Source of the DNA: Balanoglossus misakiensis
Lineage: Eukaryota; Animalia; Hemichordata
Length of the DNA stretch: 64,000 nt
Assembly (NCBI GenBank): GCA_040954595.2
Contig: CM082576.2
Span: 16,043,028-16,107,027, forward strand
Direction of reading: 5' to 3'
The stretch's first letter is position 1. Every line of letters begins with the position of its first letter. Both the position numbers and the translations under genes were made by a program. This document shows, piece by piece, positions 40,365 through 53,423 of the stretch. A model generated the notes under the pieces. That model had not been told where the DNA came from. It saw only the letters and a program-made list of their open reading frames with translations, and made no database searches.

Positions 40365-42594
40365 TTACTCACAACAAACGCGTTCAAATCTCCAACACAC
40401 ATCGCCCATTACATCGATCAAATCCGTATTCCAAGCGAAGACGTCGCCGTTGAGGGTGCCATTACAGTCACGTTTGACTTCGGCAACTTCGTCGGCACTC
40501 AGAACTCTGGACCACATGTTGAATTCCGTCAGACTGCCGAGAAAAGCTTGGTTTTTATCGAAAGATCCTCCAAAAGTGTCTTGGTCTTGTCCAAAAACTA
40601 GAAGGCCCCCACCAGAAACCTTTTCGCCCCTCCTGAAACGCGCACCACTGCTAACCATGACACCGTTGCGGTAGTATTGCCATTTCCCCTGTGCTGAAGA
40701 CCACGTGACGCACAGGTGTTGCCATGAACTACCGATCTCTCCGCCCGCTGACGCTTTTTTCCGATATTCTTTGATGTCAAAAGTGTGTTTGCTGTCCATA
40801 CAGAACTCATCAGGCGTGCCGGTTTCTGAACTGTACGACACCAAAGTAAGTCCTTCTACGTGTGACCTTTTACTTGTACTTTTTGCCCAGATGCAGGACG
40901 TCAAATCAGTGAGTTTGGGAACAGAGGCAATGGCCACTATCCTGTTATACTTGCTCTCCAATGCAAGCGTTTTACTTTCTGCAACCAGAAAAAAACATAT
41001 ATAGTATTGGACCGTGCAGATTGAAATAGCAATGGGGGAAGTAAGCTCATGCACGTGGCTACATCCGGGGAATCGCCGCTCAGCCACACAAAACAGGGAA
41101 ATGCGCCCGGTGATATCATGAGTTAAATTTGCGCCAGTCCAATCAATGGTGAACCCGGTGGTGTAGGTATGTTATGTTCCGCTCCAGAAATGTTAAACAT
41201 CGGACACTGTACCTCCCAAATTGGGGTACATGCACTTTCTTTTGTCAGCGTCATTCAAAATTGCACGTGACGTGATCAGCTTGTCTCAACACAGGACGCA
41301 TATACGAGCTCTTTCTTTGTGTCACTCATTCCTAACAATGAACGGATTAAAGGGACAAAGTCTCTCTCTCGCTGCCCTTTTTTCCATTAATTATATTTGA
41401 TAAGAGACAACGTTTGTTATTCTACATGTGGATATATAGTGAATGAACGTTCAACCACACACAACTTCCATCCCTCTTATAGACAGGAGAGTGAAAAACT
41501 CGCCAAAATGAATAATCGTTCTTTACCATTTATTCATTTTGGGCGAGTTTTTACTCTCATATCCTACAAACGAGATGGAAGTTGTGTGTGGTCGAATGTT
41601 GATTCACCATATATCCACATGTAGAATAACATAGACGGCGTCTTGTATCAAACATAATTAATGGAAAAAGGGCAGCGAGAGAGAGACTTTGTCCCTTCAA
41701 AGGGAAATCCGGTCCAGCTGATTTCTACATATTGGTAAATTTGAGGTCACTCTTTCAGAATGTGACATATTCACCATGTATAAGTCGCGCGATTTTTTTT
41801 ACAAAATCTAGGCAAAGTTGGCAGAATTTCCAATATGGCGTTTACTGTAATTTGAATCATGGGAAAACAAGCGCCAGGTCCAACTTCCACCCACCTTGGT
41901 GTGGGTGATACCATTTTCCGATTGGTGTCACTGCGTGACAGGCTAAGCGTATTTACATATTTTTCTTGGGTTATAGCTCATAAAAACTTTCAACAGATGA
42001 CATATTTTCGCCTTTGCTCCTGAATGTTTATCAACTGACGCAAAGTACAAACAGTAGCCACGCAAATACATCTAGTCTGTCGCCCAGTGACACCAATTGA
42101 AAAATGGTATCACCCACACCAAGTTGGGCGGAAGTTGGTCCTGGCGCTTTTTTCCCATAATTCAAATTACAGTAAACGCCACATTGGAAATTCTGCCAAC
42201 TTTCCCTCGTTTTTGTTTTAAAAAATCGCGCGACATATACATGGCGAAAATGTGTTTTTTTTCTGAAAGAGTGACCTCAAAGCTACCAAATTCTGTAGAA
42301 ATCAGCTAGGCCGGATTTCTATTTATAGAATAGTTAAGCATTTAAGAAGCCAGAAGCAAACATGCAAACAGAAGAGAAACACGCGTTTACCCAAATAATA
42401 ATAATATACAAACAAACAAAATACGTACATTAATAAACTATAAATATGCACAAAGACCTAATTAGAATTATGAGTGAAATCTACTGTAAATTCTATTTAC
42501 ATGATTGTCATACATTCCAATAATTCTACCCCACACTACACGCAAAATATGACACGTGGGATGCAGGTGCAACCTTCACCCCCCTCCCCCCAAA

Positions 42595-42626
<32 letters not shown>

Positions 42627-45600
42627 TCGCGTATTAATCTCTTTTGTACAAATGCACAATGGCAAAAGTTTGTCCGAAAATAAATAATGGGTGGCAGGTC
42701 CAATTTACATATACATGTCTATACACATGGTGGTGTAATATTAATTAACGACAATGCTGCTACATGTTTGTGTGTAAATCCTGTCTTACCACAGCCATTT
42801 CTGCGTGGAATGGGTTCTTGCAGTTCTCCACCGCAATTGTGTCTCATATCGACAGGTGAAGGGTTGTCGCAGTTTCTTGTTCTTCTACGTTCTCCCGGCT
42901 TTGTTTTCGACCAGTTACACGCGCCCCAACGTCCCCACTCCTTCCAACTGCCATCTGCAATATAGAGTACACCAAAATCTAAATTTATTGGTCTTTCACA
43001 CTGTTATTGTGAAAACAAATTGCAAAAAATATTGCAATATTGCAATGTTGGGCAGCAAATTATTGTGGCCTTCATTTTGTAAGGCGGACGTTTCAGGAAA
43101 AATATTCCATCAGTAAAACGTGTACATTCAATGTTCATCGCTCTTTTTCAAACACCGAAGATAACCATTTTTCACACACTCACAGCAATCGCATTGAAGT
43201 GTCACGTCGCCCATTATATCGAGTGGACATGTTCCCCACGCAAAGATGTCGCTGCTCATGGACCTGTCAAAACCACGTGCCATTTCAGATATTTCGTCAC
43301 CACTCAAGACGCTGGACCACATGTTGAATTCTTTCAGACTACCCAGAAATGCTTCAGACGCGTTAAACCCCCCTCCGACAAACCGCTGCTTTTGTCCCAG
43401 GACTAGAACGCCACCACCGGCGACCGTTTCACCACTCCGGAGATTCTCACCGCCGCTGAAGAAGGCACCGTCGTGATAGTATTTCCATACTCCGTCACGT
43501 GAGGACCACGTGACACAGACGTGATGCCACGAACCGTCGTTTACATTCAATGACGTAATTTTCCTTTCTGATTTGATTACAATTTGTAGCCCACGTGTGT
43601 CTAGCATAGCGAATTCGTTGCCATTGCCTTCTATTGCCCCGTATGACATAAGAGTTCCTGGTCTGTTGGCCTTTGTAGGTTTCACCCATATACAGGACGT
43701 CAAAGCACTTGTATCACGAAAACGCACCCATGTCAGTATTTTCGTGTCAGGACTCGTCAATTCAAGCGTTTTTCGAGTTTCTGAAGTAAACAAAAAAGAT
43801 CATGACGTGCACATATTGAAAAGTTGAGACCAGCTGTTCCGCGGGGAGATGGGTGTTTTGCAAATGTAGGTTACGAATGTACGAATAAATCATTGGTCGT
43901 TTTAATGTAGATTATGGCTTACCGCATAAAGTTCTGCAAGGAATGGTTTCTTGGGAGTTTCCACTGCAGCCACGGTCGCCACTTGCTGGTGCAGGGTTGA
44001 TGCAGTTTCTGGTTCGTTTGCGCTCTCCCCACTTTGTTTCAGACGAGATACAGCTACTCCAACCTCCCCACGCTCCCCAGCCACTCTCTATACAAGACAA
44101 CACAACACCAAATACTCACCCTGGTAAACAATACACCCTTTTTTCATAAAGAGGGCGCCGTTCCAAAACATGGCGTTATCTCCATGCAACTTGTTTGTTC
44201 TATATATGGTACAATTTGTGTGTAAAATTTTCCTTACAATAAAATGTCACTGTCGAACATCTCTCTCAACTATAACAACGGTACATAAGACAATAACGTT
44301 TTCACTCCGTGATTTACTGATCTTCTTTTTGCGTCATCTTGGAAGGGCGTCCTCTTTATGAAAAAGACCTATGATATACTCCTTAAAGGGAAAAAGTCTC
44401 TCTCTCGCTGCCCCCTTTTCCATTAATTATGCTTGATACAAGATGCTGTTTATGTTTATATACATTTGGATATATAGTGAATCAACGTTCGACCACACAC
44501 ACCTTCCATCCTGCTTGTAGACACGAGAGTGAAAAACTCACCAAAATGAATAATCGGTGTTTATCATTCATTCATTTTGGCGAGATTTTTACTCTCGTAT
44601 CCTACAAGCGGGATGGAAGTTGTGTGTGGTCAAACATTGATTCACTATATATCCACATGTAGAATAACTTAAACGGTGTCTTGTATCAAACATATTTAAA
44701 GGAAAAGGGGCAGCGAGAGAGAGACTTTGTCCCTTGCGGTCTATGGAAACAATGATCAGTTATGTTTAAATGATTGCCCAAGACGACCCATGCTGGTCTG
44801 GATGATACCAAGTGTGTGCGTGTAATTTCGGTTTCCCAAAAACAGCAGGACCTAAACTGTGTTTTTTTATTCCACTTACCTATGGGGAGATTCTTCCCGG
44901 TGGTGTTCAACACGTTCTCTCGAGTGCTCCTTCCGTCGACAAGAGATTTTCGAATCTTTGAATAGTGCAAGTAGCGTTCGTGAGGTATCGGTGGCGCCGG
45001 CGAACGTTGACGATTTTCATACGGCGACACTGAAAGGTAGGAATACCGCATAACGTCAAACTCCGACCGCGTGTTTATTTGTTTATTATATTCTAACGGC
45101 AGGCAGCGGTAAAACGGGACCCTGAACTAGCATGCAGCAGGGAAAATGTGCGGTTAAACCACAGTCGTGTGGGGTTAAACTAAAAAAAAAAAAAAAAAAC
45201 ACTGTTGAATTTACGGACGTTTTGTTTTGGAACTGCTCTGTGGGAATATTTGGCGCTGCTATGCGCGATGCCTGTCTTGTCACTTTTTGTCGTCTGCTTC
45301 ATGTTTAATGTTCGATCCCGGGCGCTCGTGTTCAGATGTTGGTTCGTGTATACCCGCCCGCGGCGCGGCGGGGGTTATTGCTTAATTCACCGTATATGAG
45401 GAAAATATAGCCTTGCTCGATCATGGAAACTCTATGACTACTTTTCGTGAACTGGTGAAGATGACACTGGCGACAAATGAGTAGGACACATCATGAAATT
45501 GCTGCAATGGTGCATTGGATTTTGGAAATCATACTCACACTGGCACTTCTGGACATTGCACTTTTTGTAGTCGCTTCCTCGCCCTTTACAAGAGCCAAGT

Positions 45601-48600
45601 CCAAAAGTATCCGATAAATTGTCACACACTCTTTCCCTCTGCTGGTAACCCACACCACAAGTAACTGTGCAGTCCGACCAAGATGCCCAAATACCCCAGG
45701 TTGGTGGTATGACTACAAGGAGTTAAACATCTCAAAATATGTTATTATGTGTCTGTTGCTAGTTGTCTACGCTGTTATGTTTTGTTTGTCTTTACACTTA
45801 GCTATGTATATATCTGACCTGTGTTTTTTATTTAGGTCCTGGAATGGTTATGGTCTCAATGTGTTTCGAAAACCCTCTTGTTATTCATTCGATGTTCATC
45901 CGATAGACAAATACTTGGGTTAAAGCCCAAGCGAACAAATAACTCATATCTTGACATTCACCTTGAATATCTTGGTTTAAATGTGTGATCTTATATTGGG
46001 CGGGGTCTCATATGCCTAATGTTGAGAGGGATACAGGCCATTTAAAGCTCGTGCAAAATACCAACCATGCAGCTATCTGTCCGCGAAGCATCAAATATGA
46101 GACTTGCACTGCTTTTGTTCATCAACTTCTGAATGTATTTTTCTCTTTTTATCTGTGATATTTGCCATAAACAGACACATGGTGTATTATACACACCTGG
46201 CATTTCACACGTCTCTCCTGTAAAACCCGACCCGACTCTACAAACACACAAGAATTCCGCAGGCGATTTCGCCACACACCAGCCATTATTGTTACAAGGA
46301 TTGCTCGCGCATGGCGTTCTTTCAAGTCCATCGTGTCCCACCTGTGGAAATAAAAGTAAGGGTTACTGTAAATTTGTTCCAAGTCTAAGGGCTTCATTAT
46401 TTCATATACAAAAATTTGATTTTTTTTTTTGCTCCGAGTCTCTCTATGTAGCGCGCGTGGAGTAAAAGACAGCGAGTGTGAGCGCGTATGTCTATGGAAT
46501 GCGTAGGCCCATAGCTTGGTCGACGCTAACCGAAACCATGAGCTCAGTCCCAAATTCGAAACCCACTCCACTACCAGAAACACGCTCCAAACTAGCATGC
46601 ACACAAAAAGTGGTGAGATTATTTTTACAGACAAAAAATCACCGCAAACACAAAAGGCATAATTGAGATTCCAAAGGGTCACGGTAATACCAGAGCATTG
46701 TGTCTAGTTCGAGCGCTTTTCCGGGATGTGCCATGAGTTTGTGGGTAAGCACAAAAATAATCTCTGTTGGCATCATTGACTGTTGTCTGTACGGATTGGG
46801 ACTGTGTGCCTATATACCAAATCTTCATGCGTTGTGTGTACGTTTTGTAATTTCCTCAGTTACACAACAAGTGTAACTGACAAAATTAATATGAATTTCT
46901 GGGAAATAGTGATAAATACTGTAAAACACTTTATTTTTGCGAGCAATTAATTTTCGCGATATAGAGAGAGGCCACTGTTTCGCGAGTATTAATTTTCGCG
47001 TTCTCTTACTTCATTCACTGCATCGTTATCTTCAATAACAATTTACGCGACATTTTATTTTCACGCTATTTTGGCTCTCGCGTATTTGGCGAAAATTAAT
47101 TGCTCGCGAAAATAAAGTGTTGTACAGTATTAGATTATTTTCATTTAAATTCTATGTTCATGTAAGACCAGATATGTTTTGATGACACCTTTCCCAACTA
47201 GTTGTCAAACTAAATACCTGGTATTTGTAAGCTTTAAAAATATATGGTAGAACGGTATATACGTTTGTATTCATTCGGACAAAATTAATTACACCTGCCG
47301 AAAAACAGGGTGATTTTTGACGGTGATAGGTAAATAAGAAGTTAAAATGCAAATAAGCTAGAATACTGTGTTTACGACTTTCTTTTGTGTTGTAACTTGA
47401 ATCTACCCAATGGACTTACATGCATATACAAGTATAAAGCTCAGGTTACGCCACCTGCCAGCAAAAATTGCTTTCGTTTAATAAGGTGATGTATTATCAT
47501 GTGGATTTATAAAGAAATGGGTGTATAAGTTAAGTAGCCTTTGAAGACTATGCTTGCAATGAAAAAATAGTTTTAAAAGTATAGCCTGTGTGTCCCAGGG
47601 ACATTTTCTTAGAAAAAAACAAAGCAAATTGTACTTTCCTTTCCATGCAGAATACCGCTATTGCCGGGGGGGGGGGGCAAAAGGAATTGAAATGAAAGCT
47701 ATTTATCTAAAGTGTGCCTCTAAAGCAGAGACCCAATAGTTACTTTCAAGGTAACCGATATTGAAGATCATTGTATACGAAAATGATGCACCTAGGGGAC
47801 TCGGTTGGCTATAGGCCATAATCTGTTATATGGCTATAATCTATAGGTACAACTAACGTAAATGCATTTACCCCGTAGCACTATTAAAATATGTCTGGTT
47901 ATGTTCGAAAACAGAAAATAAAACTTTCTAATATTTCAGTGTCCTTCGGAAAGCAATCATCCCCTTTGTTCTGAATGAAACCCTCCTGGTATTAGATAGG
48001 CCCGAAAAAAACATTCATCCTCATTGTTTTCTATACCCACTTCCAACTCAATGTATAGTTCGCGAACATCAAAGAAGACTATCCTTTAATCAAGGAAGCC
48101 GTCCCTATTGTCAATGCCCACGGCCATCTTGCATGATAGTTTCCATGAAATCCAGTAATCTGCTCGCAGTCACAACCGTAGCTTGTATTTGTTTCATTAT
48201 CCCCAACTGAGTTTTAAAATAGTGTCGACTACAATCGATAGCCCCTCATGGCCGTCGAAACGTGAAAACTGTGAAAAAAGAATTTTGTGTTTCTGTGGGG
48301 GGGGGGGGGGCTATGAAGATACACGAACAGTCCCGAATACATACGGATTTTGGCGATAAAATTCATGCTTGCACTCCAGTCGTTTCTGTTTATATTTAAG
48401 GGAGTGAAGAAGTCAGTCACACCACAGTCCCTCAAGAAAGGACTGTGATCACACTGATACGAAACGGCATCATATAATGTATACAAAAGGTTGTTTTCAC
48501 GAACTAATTCTTCTCTAAAAATCAAGATATAAATACATGTACAGCTAAATATTTTGAATCGTACAGTTAAGGTTTGATCAATTGAAAAGTTTCAGTGAGT

Positions 48601-49672
48601 ATACCTTTCCAACCTCCTCCAACTCCATTTACAATGTTTTCAACAAAATCGAAATTTTGACAAACCGCCATTCATGAGAAAGTATTATGACCAAAAAAGT
48701 CAAGATGATTTGATTAACTTAAACTTCACCAAAGTTCCACAGAACACCATACACTGACTATTGCAGGATCTTCAATTGCAGGGTCTATAATAAACTTAAT
48801 CAATACTATTATGGGTGCCATTGAAGGGATTTCTGTAATGCTAAGGACAGAATTACATACACGATGACCAAGATATCATTCTGGCAAATCTTTAACAATT
48901 CATTAAATCTTTCTTGTAGATAAAAGAAAAACGTGCCCTCTAAAATGAGTGATATCGACTGGTATAATTATTGCTATGGTTACTGATATATTCAGTCAGA
49001 CTATACTCAGATGAACTGGGTGAAAAGAGTGTGTTTTGCGCTTTCGTAAAAAATGACATCGCAATTGTCTATTGCTATCGGAAACCCCTCAGCAATCCTC
49101 AGGATAGAATACAAATCGGAAGAGAATTTTTAGCAAAACCATGCAAGATGCATTCAGTGGAATAAATGTGTTTCCAATCTTTGAAGATTACCAATGTTAA
49201 GCCTCAATGCAAAACACAAACAGGTGATAGAGGACGTGGGGGACGCGAAATACATTGTAGTCGACCTCAAACAAGTGTCTTATCATCAAAAGTCAAACAA
49301 ATGATGATGAGAGCTAGATGGCTTGGAATGGGGAAAAGCGATCAACAATACCTGATCAGGCGATTTCAAAGCAGCACCTGGTTGTTCAAAAAACAACTTT
49401 TCTGTCTGCCTTGCTGGTAGCTCTTCGGGATCGTTGTGGAGATAGCACATTTCCGCCTGATCGTCGAATGACACGTGTGTACACATTTCTCCGTGTCGGA
49501 GACATTCGACAGCACACACTTTTCTCGAGGTTTGCATCATCGGATAAACAAACCGTGAGCTGCTACTGGCGTGTGAGCTGTTATCAACGCGTACGATTTC
49601 CGTTTCGCCGCCTATTAACTGGCTGCACAAACACCAATAAAGTAAATGCGTTAGAACGCAGCGACGATGCAT
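40365..49672 (-). CDS. Secreted mosaic protein: signal peptide-PAN/apple-EGF-TSP1-linker-TSP1-pentraxin-TSP1-pentraxin
   Basis: Phase-consistent GT-AG exons: 49672-49352, 46341-46197 (EGF CASNPCNNNGWC...GFTGETCE), 45712-45539 (TSP1 WASWSDCTVTCG), 45029-44880, 44087-43923 (TSP1), 43780-43184 (pentraxin WHHVCVTWSS, LVLGQKQ), 42954-42790 (TSP1) and 40978-40373/40365 (pentraxin WQHLCVTWSS, FGQDQD). The 3' end is uncertain. Confidence 0.85.
41351..41696. mobile_element. Palindromic Kolobok-like MITE, family A copy 2
   Basis: ttaa|AGGGACAAAG...CTTTGTCCCT|tcaa. Near-identical to 1105-1451. Confidence 0.85.
41701..42322. mobile_element. Long-TIR foldback MITE (Kolobok-like) abutting family A copy 2
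   Basis: AGGGAAATCCGGTCCAGCTGATTTCTACA... pairs with ...TGTAGAAATCAGCTAGGCCGGATTTCTAT. Arms are ~230 bp. Confidence 0.8.
44138..44367. mobile_element. Small TIR MITE
   Basis: CTTTTTTCATAAAGAGGGCGCCGTTCCAA versus TTGGAAGGGCGTCCTCTTTATGAAAAAG. Confidence 0.6.
44387..44734. mobile_element. Palindromic Kolobok-like MITE, family A copy 3 (more diverged)
   Basis: ttaa|AGGGAAAAAGTCTCTCTC...GAGAGACTTTGTCCCT. The right TSD is degraded. Confidence 0.8.
46430..46720. repeat. Interspersed repeat, family C copy 2
   Basis: Homologous to ~12975-13170. Confidence 0.65.
46919..47127. mobile_element. TA-flanked Tc1/mariner-type MITE
   Basis: ta|CTGTAAAACACTTTATTTTTGCGAGCAATTAATTTTCGC...GCGAAAATTAATTGCTCGCGAAAATAAAGTGTTGTACAG|ta. 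Confidence 0.8.
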
Positions 49673-51198
49673 TTTGATTCTGTGCCAGTGAATTTCACTA
49701 GCTTTTACTATTCCAAATAGTATAACAAACGACTCATTTTAATGACATGTATAATGAAGATACAGACAGTCCAATGGGATAGCTCGTTTTATCCAACCAT
49801 TTAGACAACTGTGGATTGTTCGATCTCGCATTTGTCGCTTCCGCTTACCGTTGTCGGTGGAGTGATAGCCCATTCTTGAGGTCAAATTGAAAACAATATG
49901 TGTTTCATCTGGGTACATAAGCCAAGGGAATTTTATTAAAATAAACCAGTGATATTCTACAATACTTTGATGACAGTGAATGCATAATTATTGCATAATA
50001 TAAGGACTGTCACTGATGAATTCAAACACAAAATTGTCTTCAGAATTATTACATGTAGCTTTATAACAAATAAGGCGGCCCACAATGATACAAAAAAGCA
50101 ACGCCTTTCTTCTTAGCAGATAATGCTGATCAGAGAAAACTCGTGGAAACGTTTTTATTTTTAGGATTACATCATCGGATGTACTTGTTCTATGATCCGA
50201 TTAAAAATACCAATTCACAAACAGTAACCATACTTGTTTGACCCACACAGTTTAACCATTTCGCCAGTGGTTGACGCAGTCTTGTCGTGTTCAACCGGAC
50301 GTGTTTGGCAGCCTGCATAACGGTCTTGCATATAGGTTGACGCCCTAACTAGATTTTATACGGGTATATAGAATGAAAAAGAAGAAGAATAGCTTCGCCC
50401 ATTCACATGGCGTCTGGGGATTTCCCCGTTGTCTGCATTGTAGAAAAATGTTCATGGCCAGACAGAGGCCTGTATTTCAAAATAACGCCACTTTGGACAA
50501 TAAAATAGGAGAAAACAGCCCTCCACGTTCGACAAACGAAGAGTTATCGACCATTCAAATTATCAAGAGAGCCCAGACTGCAGCGATTTATGTTGTTCTA
50601 CCATTTGACTTGCAAAACGTTTGAAATCGATTTAAGCTAAGCAAGCAAACAAACAAACAAATAAAGACGGACAAGGATAAGTTGTTACCTACCAAATACA
50701 CCCATTGGCAGCTTAACTCATACAAGGCAATGCAATGGTACATATGCATGTTTCTGGAAAGGACGAGAACAAAATAACCTCGAATATATGTAAATCTAGG
50801 TAAGTTTGTGAGTGTATGAACGGAGTATTTGTAAGGTCTCTTTTTTGTTAAATAAATTTTCAGATAATAAATTTTTCACCTGAGTAAATTGTGTTCAAGT
50901 TGTGGAAAAAAATTGCATGATTGTGTGTTTGGGCACAGAGAGAAGAACGGACAGTGTAGATCTCGTCAACCGCATATTTTAAATATCGTTGTCACGCAGA
51001 AGAGGTGCGCCACTACTTGCTTATTGCTCACTATTTCAATTTTTACGTTGCGTCTTCCATTTAAATCGGAACACATGGTCGCGTCGAATAATTTTACCCT
51101 GCACATTTTCCTGGGAGGTGTGGAAGAAGTAATTAAAGAAATGACATGAAACTCGTGCCCCCGAAAGAAGATTAACAACCAGAGACGGAGTCAATTAT

Positions 51199-51375
51199 GG
51201 CGTTCTCACTGTTTACACCGGTGCTACACCGGCCCAGATTCAACTCCGACGGAAAAAAGTAAGTGAGAACGATTTACACCGGTGTTGGGCCGGTGTTGAT
51301 TTGCGACGGCGATGAGTGGTGGGTCAGGGCCAGTGCTGGGCCAGCGCTCCGACGCAAATATGCAGTGAGAACGCA
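51199..51375. mobile_element. Short TIR MITE (PIF/Harbinger-like)
   Basis: GCGTTCTCACTG / CAGTGAGAACGC termini with internal ACACCGG repeats. Confidence 0.55.
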
Positions 51376-51646
51376 AAGATAAACAAACACCGTTCAAAAG
51401 CGCCACCCTGCAGTTACTTTTGGGTATCTTCTTGAGTCAAAATACGTGTACATACCAATCAGAATTGACTTACGCGACCACCATTGTTTTCTGGACACAA
51501 ATTCAAAACAGATGTTTGGCATGATATCCTGAATACATTATTTTCATGAACATCCTGTTGGTGCTTGGTGTGATTTGGCCCTATTCCTGCTGCTAAACAG
51601 AGAACAAGAGTTTATTTCTACTGTACTTCGACAATCTTGGCATGCA

Positions 51647-51890
51647 ATTCTTTACTATCAATCACGTGATCTGGCAATGTGTCCCATGGCGCTGTCATTT
51701 CCAGGTGACGGGCAAGCAATATTTCGTCATCCAGTAAAAGTTTTTCCGAGTATGTTTTTACTTTAGAACCGATAGAAACGAAACATGTATCAGATATGGA
51801 GCCTTATTCTTAGCCTCGTTGAGTTTCGCCCGCAGTCTTTGCCTGTACCACGTTGCTGAAGTTGCCCGTCATCTGGAAATTTGAATTTGA
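51647..51890 (-). mobile_element. Family E element, partial inverted copy
   Basis: Reverse complement of ~15345-15594. Confidence 0.65.
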
Positions 51891-52777
51891 CAGTTTTATA
51901 TGTTATCATATGTAAGCCAACCTTTTCAATTCCTGGTTCTTGTATTAGTGGAGGTGTGGATTATTCATTAAGAGTGTTTGTCATACTTTTTTGTTTCTAT
52001 TAATTTCCTGTTAGATAATCTAATAATTCATTTGTAGCGTTATCTTTTTCAAGATTTTCTCAGCAACTTGAAAGAACAATGTAATAGGCGCTTGTATTTT
52101 TTTAATCACATGTCTTTCAATCGTCACATGATTGAAAGTCGACGGCCATGTGCATATTGTAATATCATTAATAAATCGGTCATTTTACCCCACCAATTTT
52201 CCGGAGAACTTGGTTATGATTATATCCCCTGAATTCAACGCTCGTTGAAAAGACTTGCCGTAATCAAATATAACCGTCCACATCACCAATATTAGTATTC
52301 ACGATAACCACTTCTCAGATTTGTACAGACTTGTAATGTTGTTTATTATCGATTTTCTGAAACGTGTTATTCGACTCAATTTCTACACGGTATTTAAATG
52401 TTACATTGGTTTTATGCATGTTGTAACTAGTTTGACGTTTTGAAATTTTATTTAATCCACACGAAAGTCAATAATATATGACATGGTATTATTTGAGTGC
52501 TTGCTATGGGCAGGTCTTGGTCGAGACTGCGGCCATTTCCAGCGAGTGGCGTATTATGCACATTTATTCACCTTCGGACTAAGGAACGAACATTTTTGTG
52601 GTTTATAAGGTTGCGTTGGTTGTGTTTAGCATTTCAGCTTATGTAAATATTTATATTTTGCTCTATGTGTCCTGTACCTTTGGAATTATTAATGCAAAAC
52701 GAACAACGAATTTCTGTTCGATTCTGTATCTGAACAGAAATTGGCATCATCATCATAATCATGGTCGTCGTTATTTT

Positions 52778-53051
<274 letters not shown>

Positions 53052-53346
53052 ATGAGAGAGAGGGGGGATACGCAATTTATGGACACGGGAAACAGAATTT
53101 ATGGCAGCTGTCTGCTTTTTCATTCTAAAACGGTTAACTAGTAAAAGCCCTCTTTCACCATTTCAGAGAAAACCAAAAGGTGCCAGATTATTTATTGATG
53201 TGTAGTGCCTCTGCCATCGGGTGAATTGACCCCTGACCTCGACCACTTTCGAGAGATCAAATGCACAACACACTGCCGTAAATTAAACTCGGAGGTAAAC
53301 GTTCATCAATGCTCATGTAAGCATCCCTTATGGTCGAAACAAACAA

Positions 53347-53423
<77 letters not shown>
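53347..53423. repeat. (ATCT)n microsatellite
   Basis: Read directly from the sequence. Confidence 0.97.

Noticed and set aside
49400-49415. GC-AG donor in the PAN exon (AAG|gcagac)
   Set aside because: It is phase 2 and incompatible with the phase-0 EGF exon. The canonical donor at 49351 fits.
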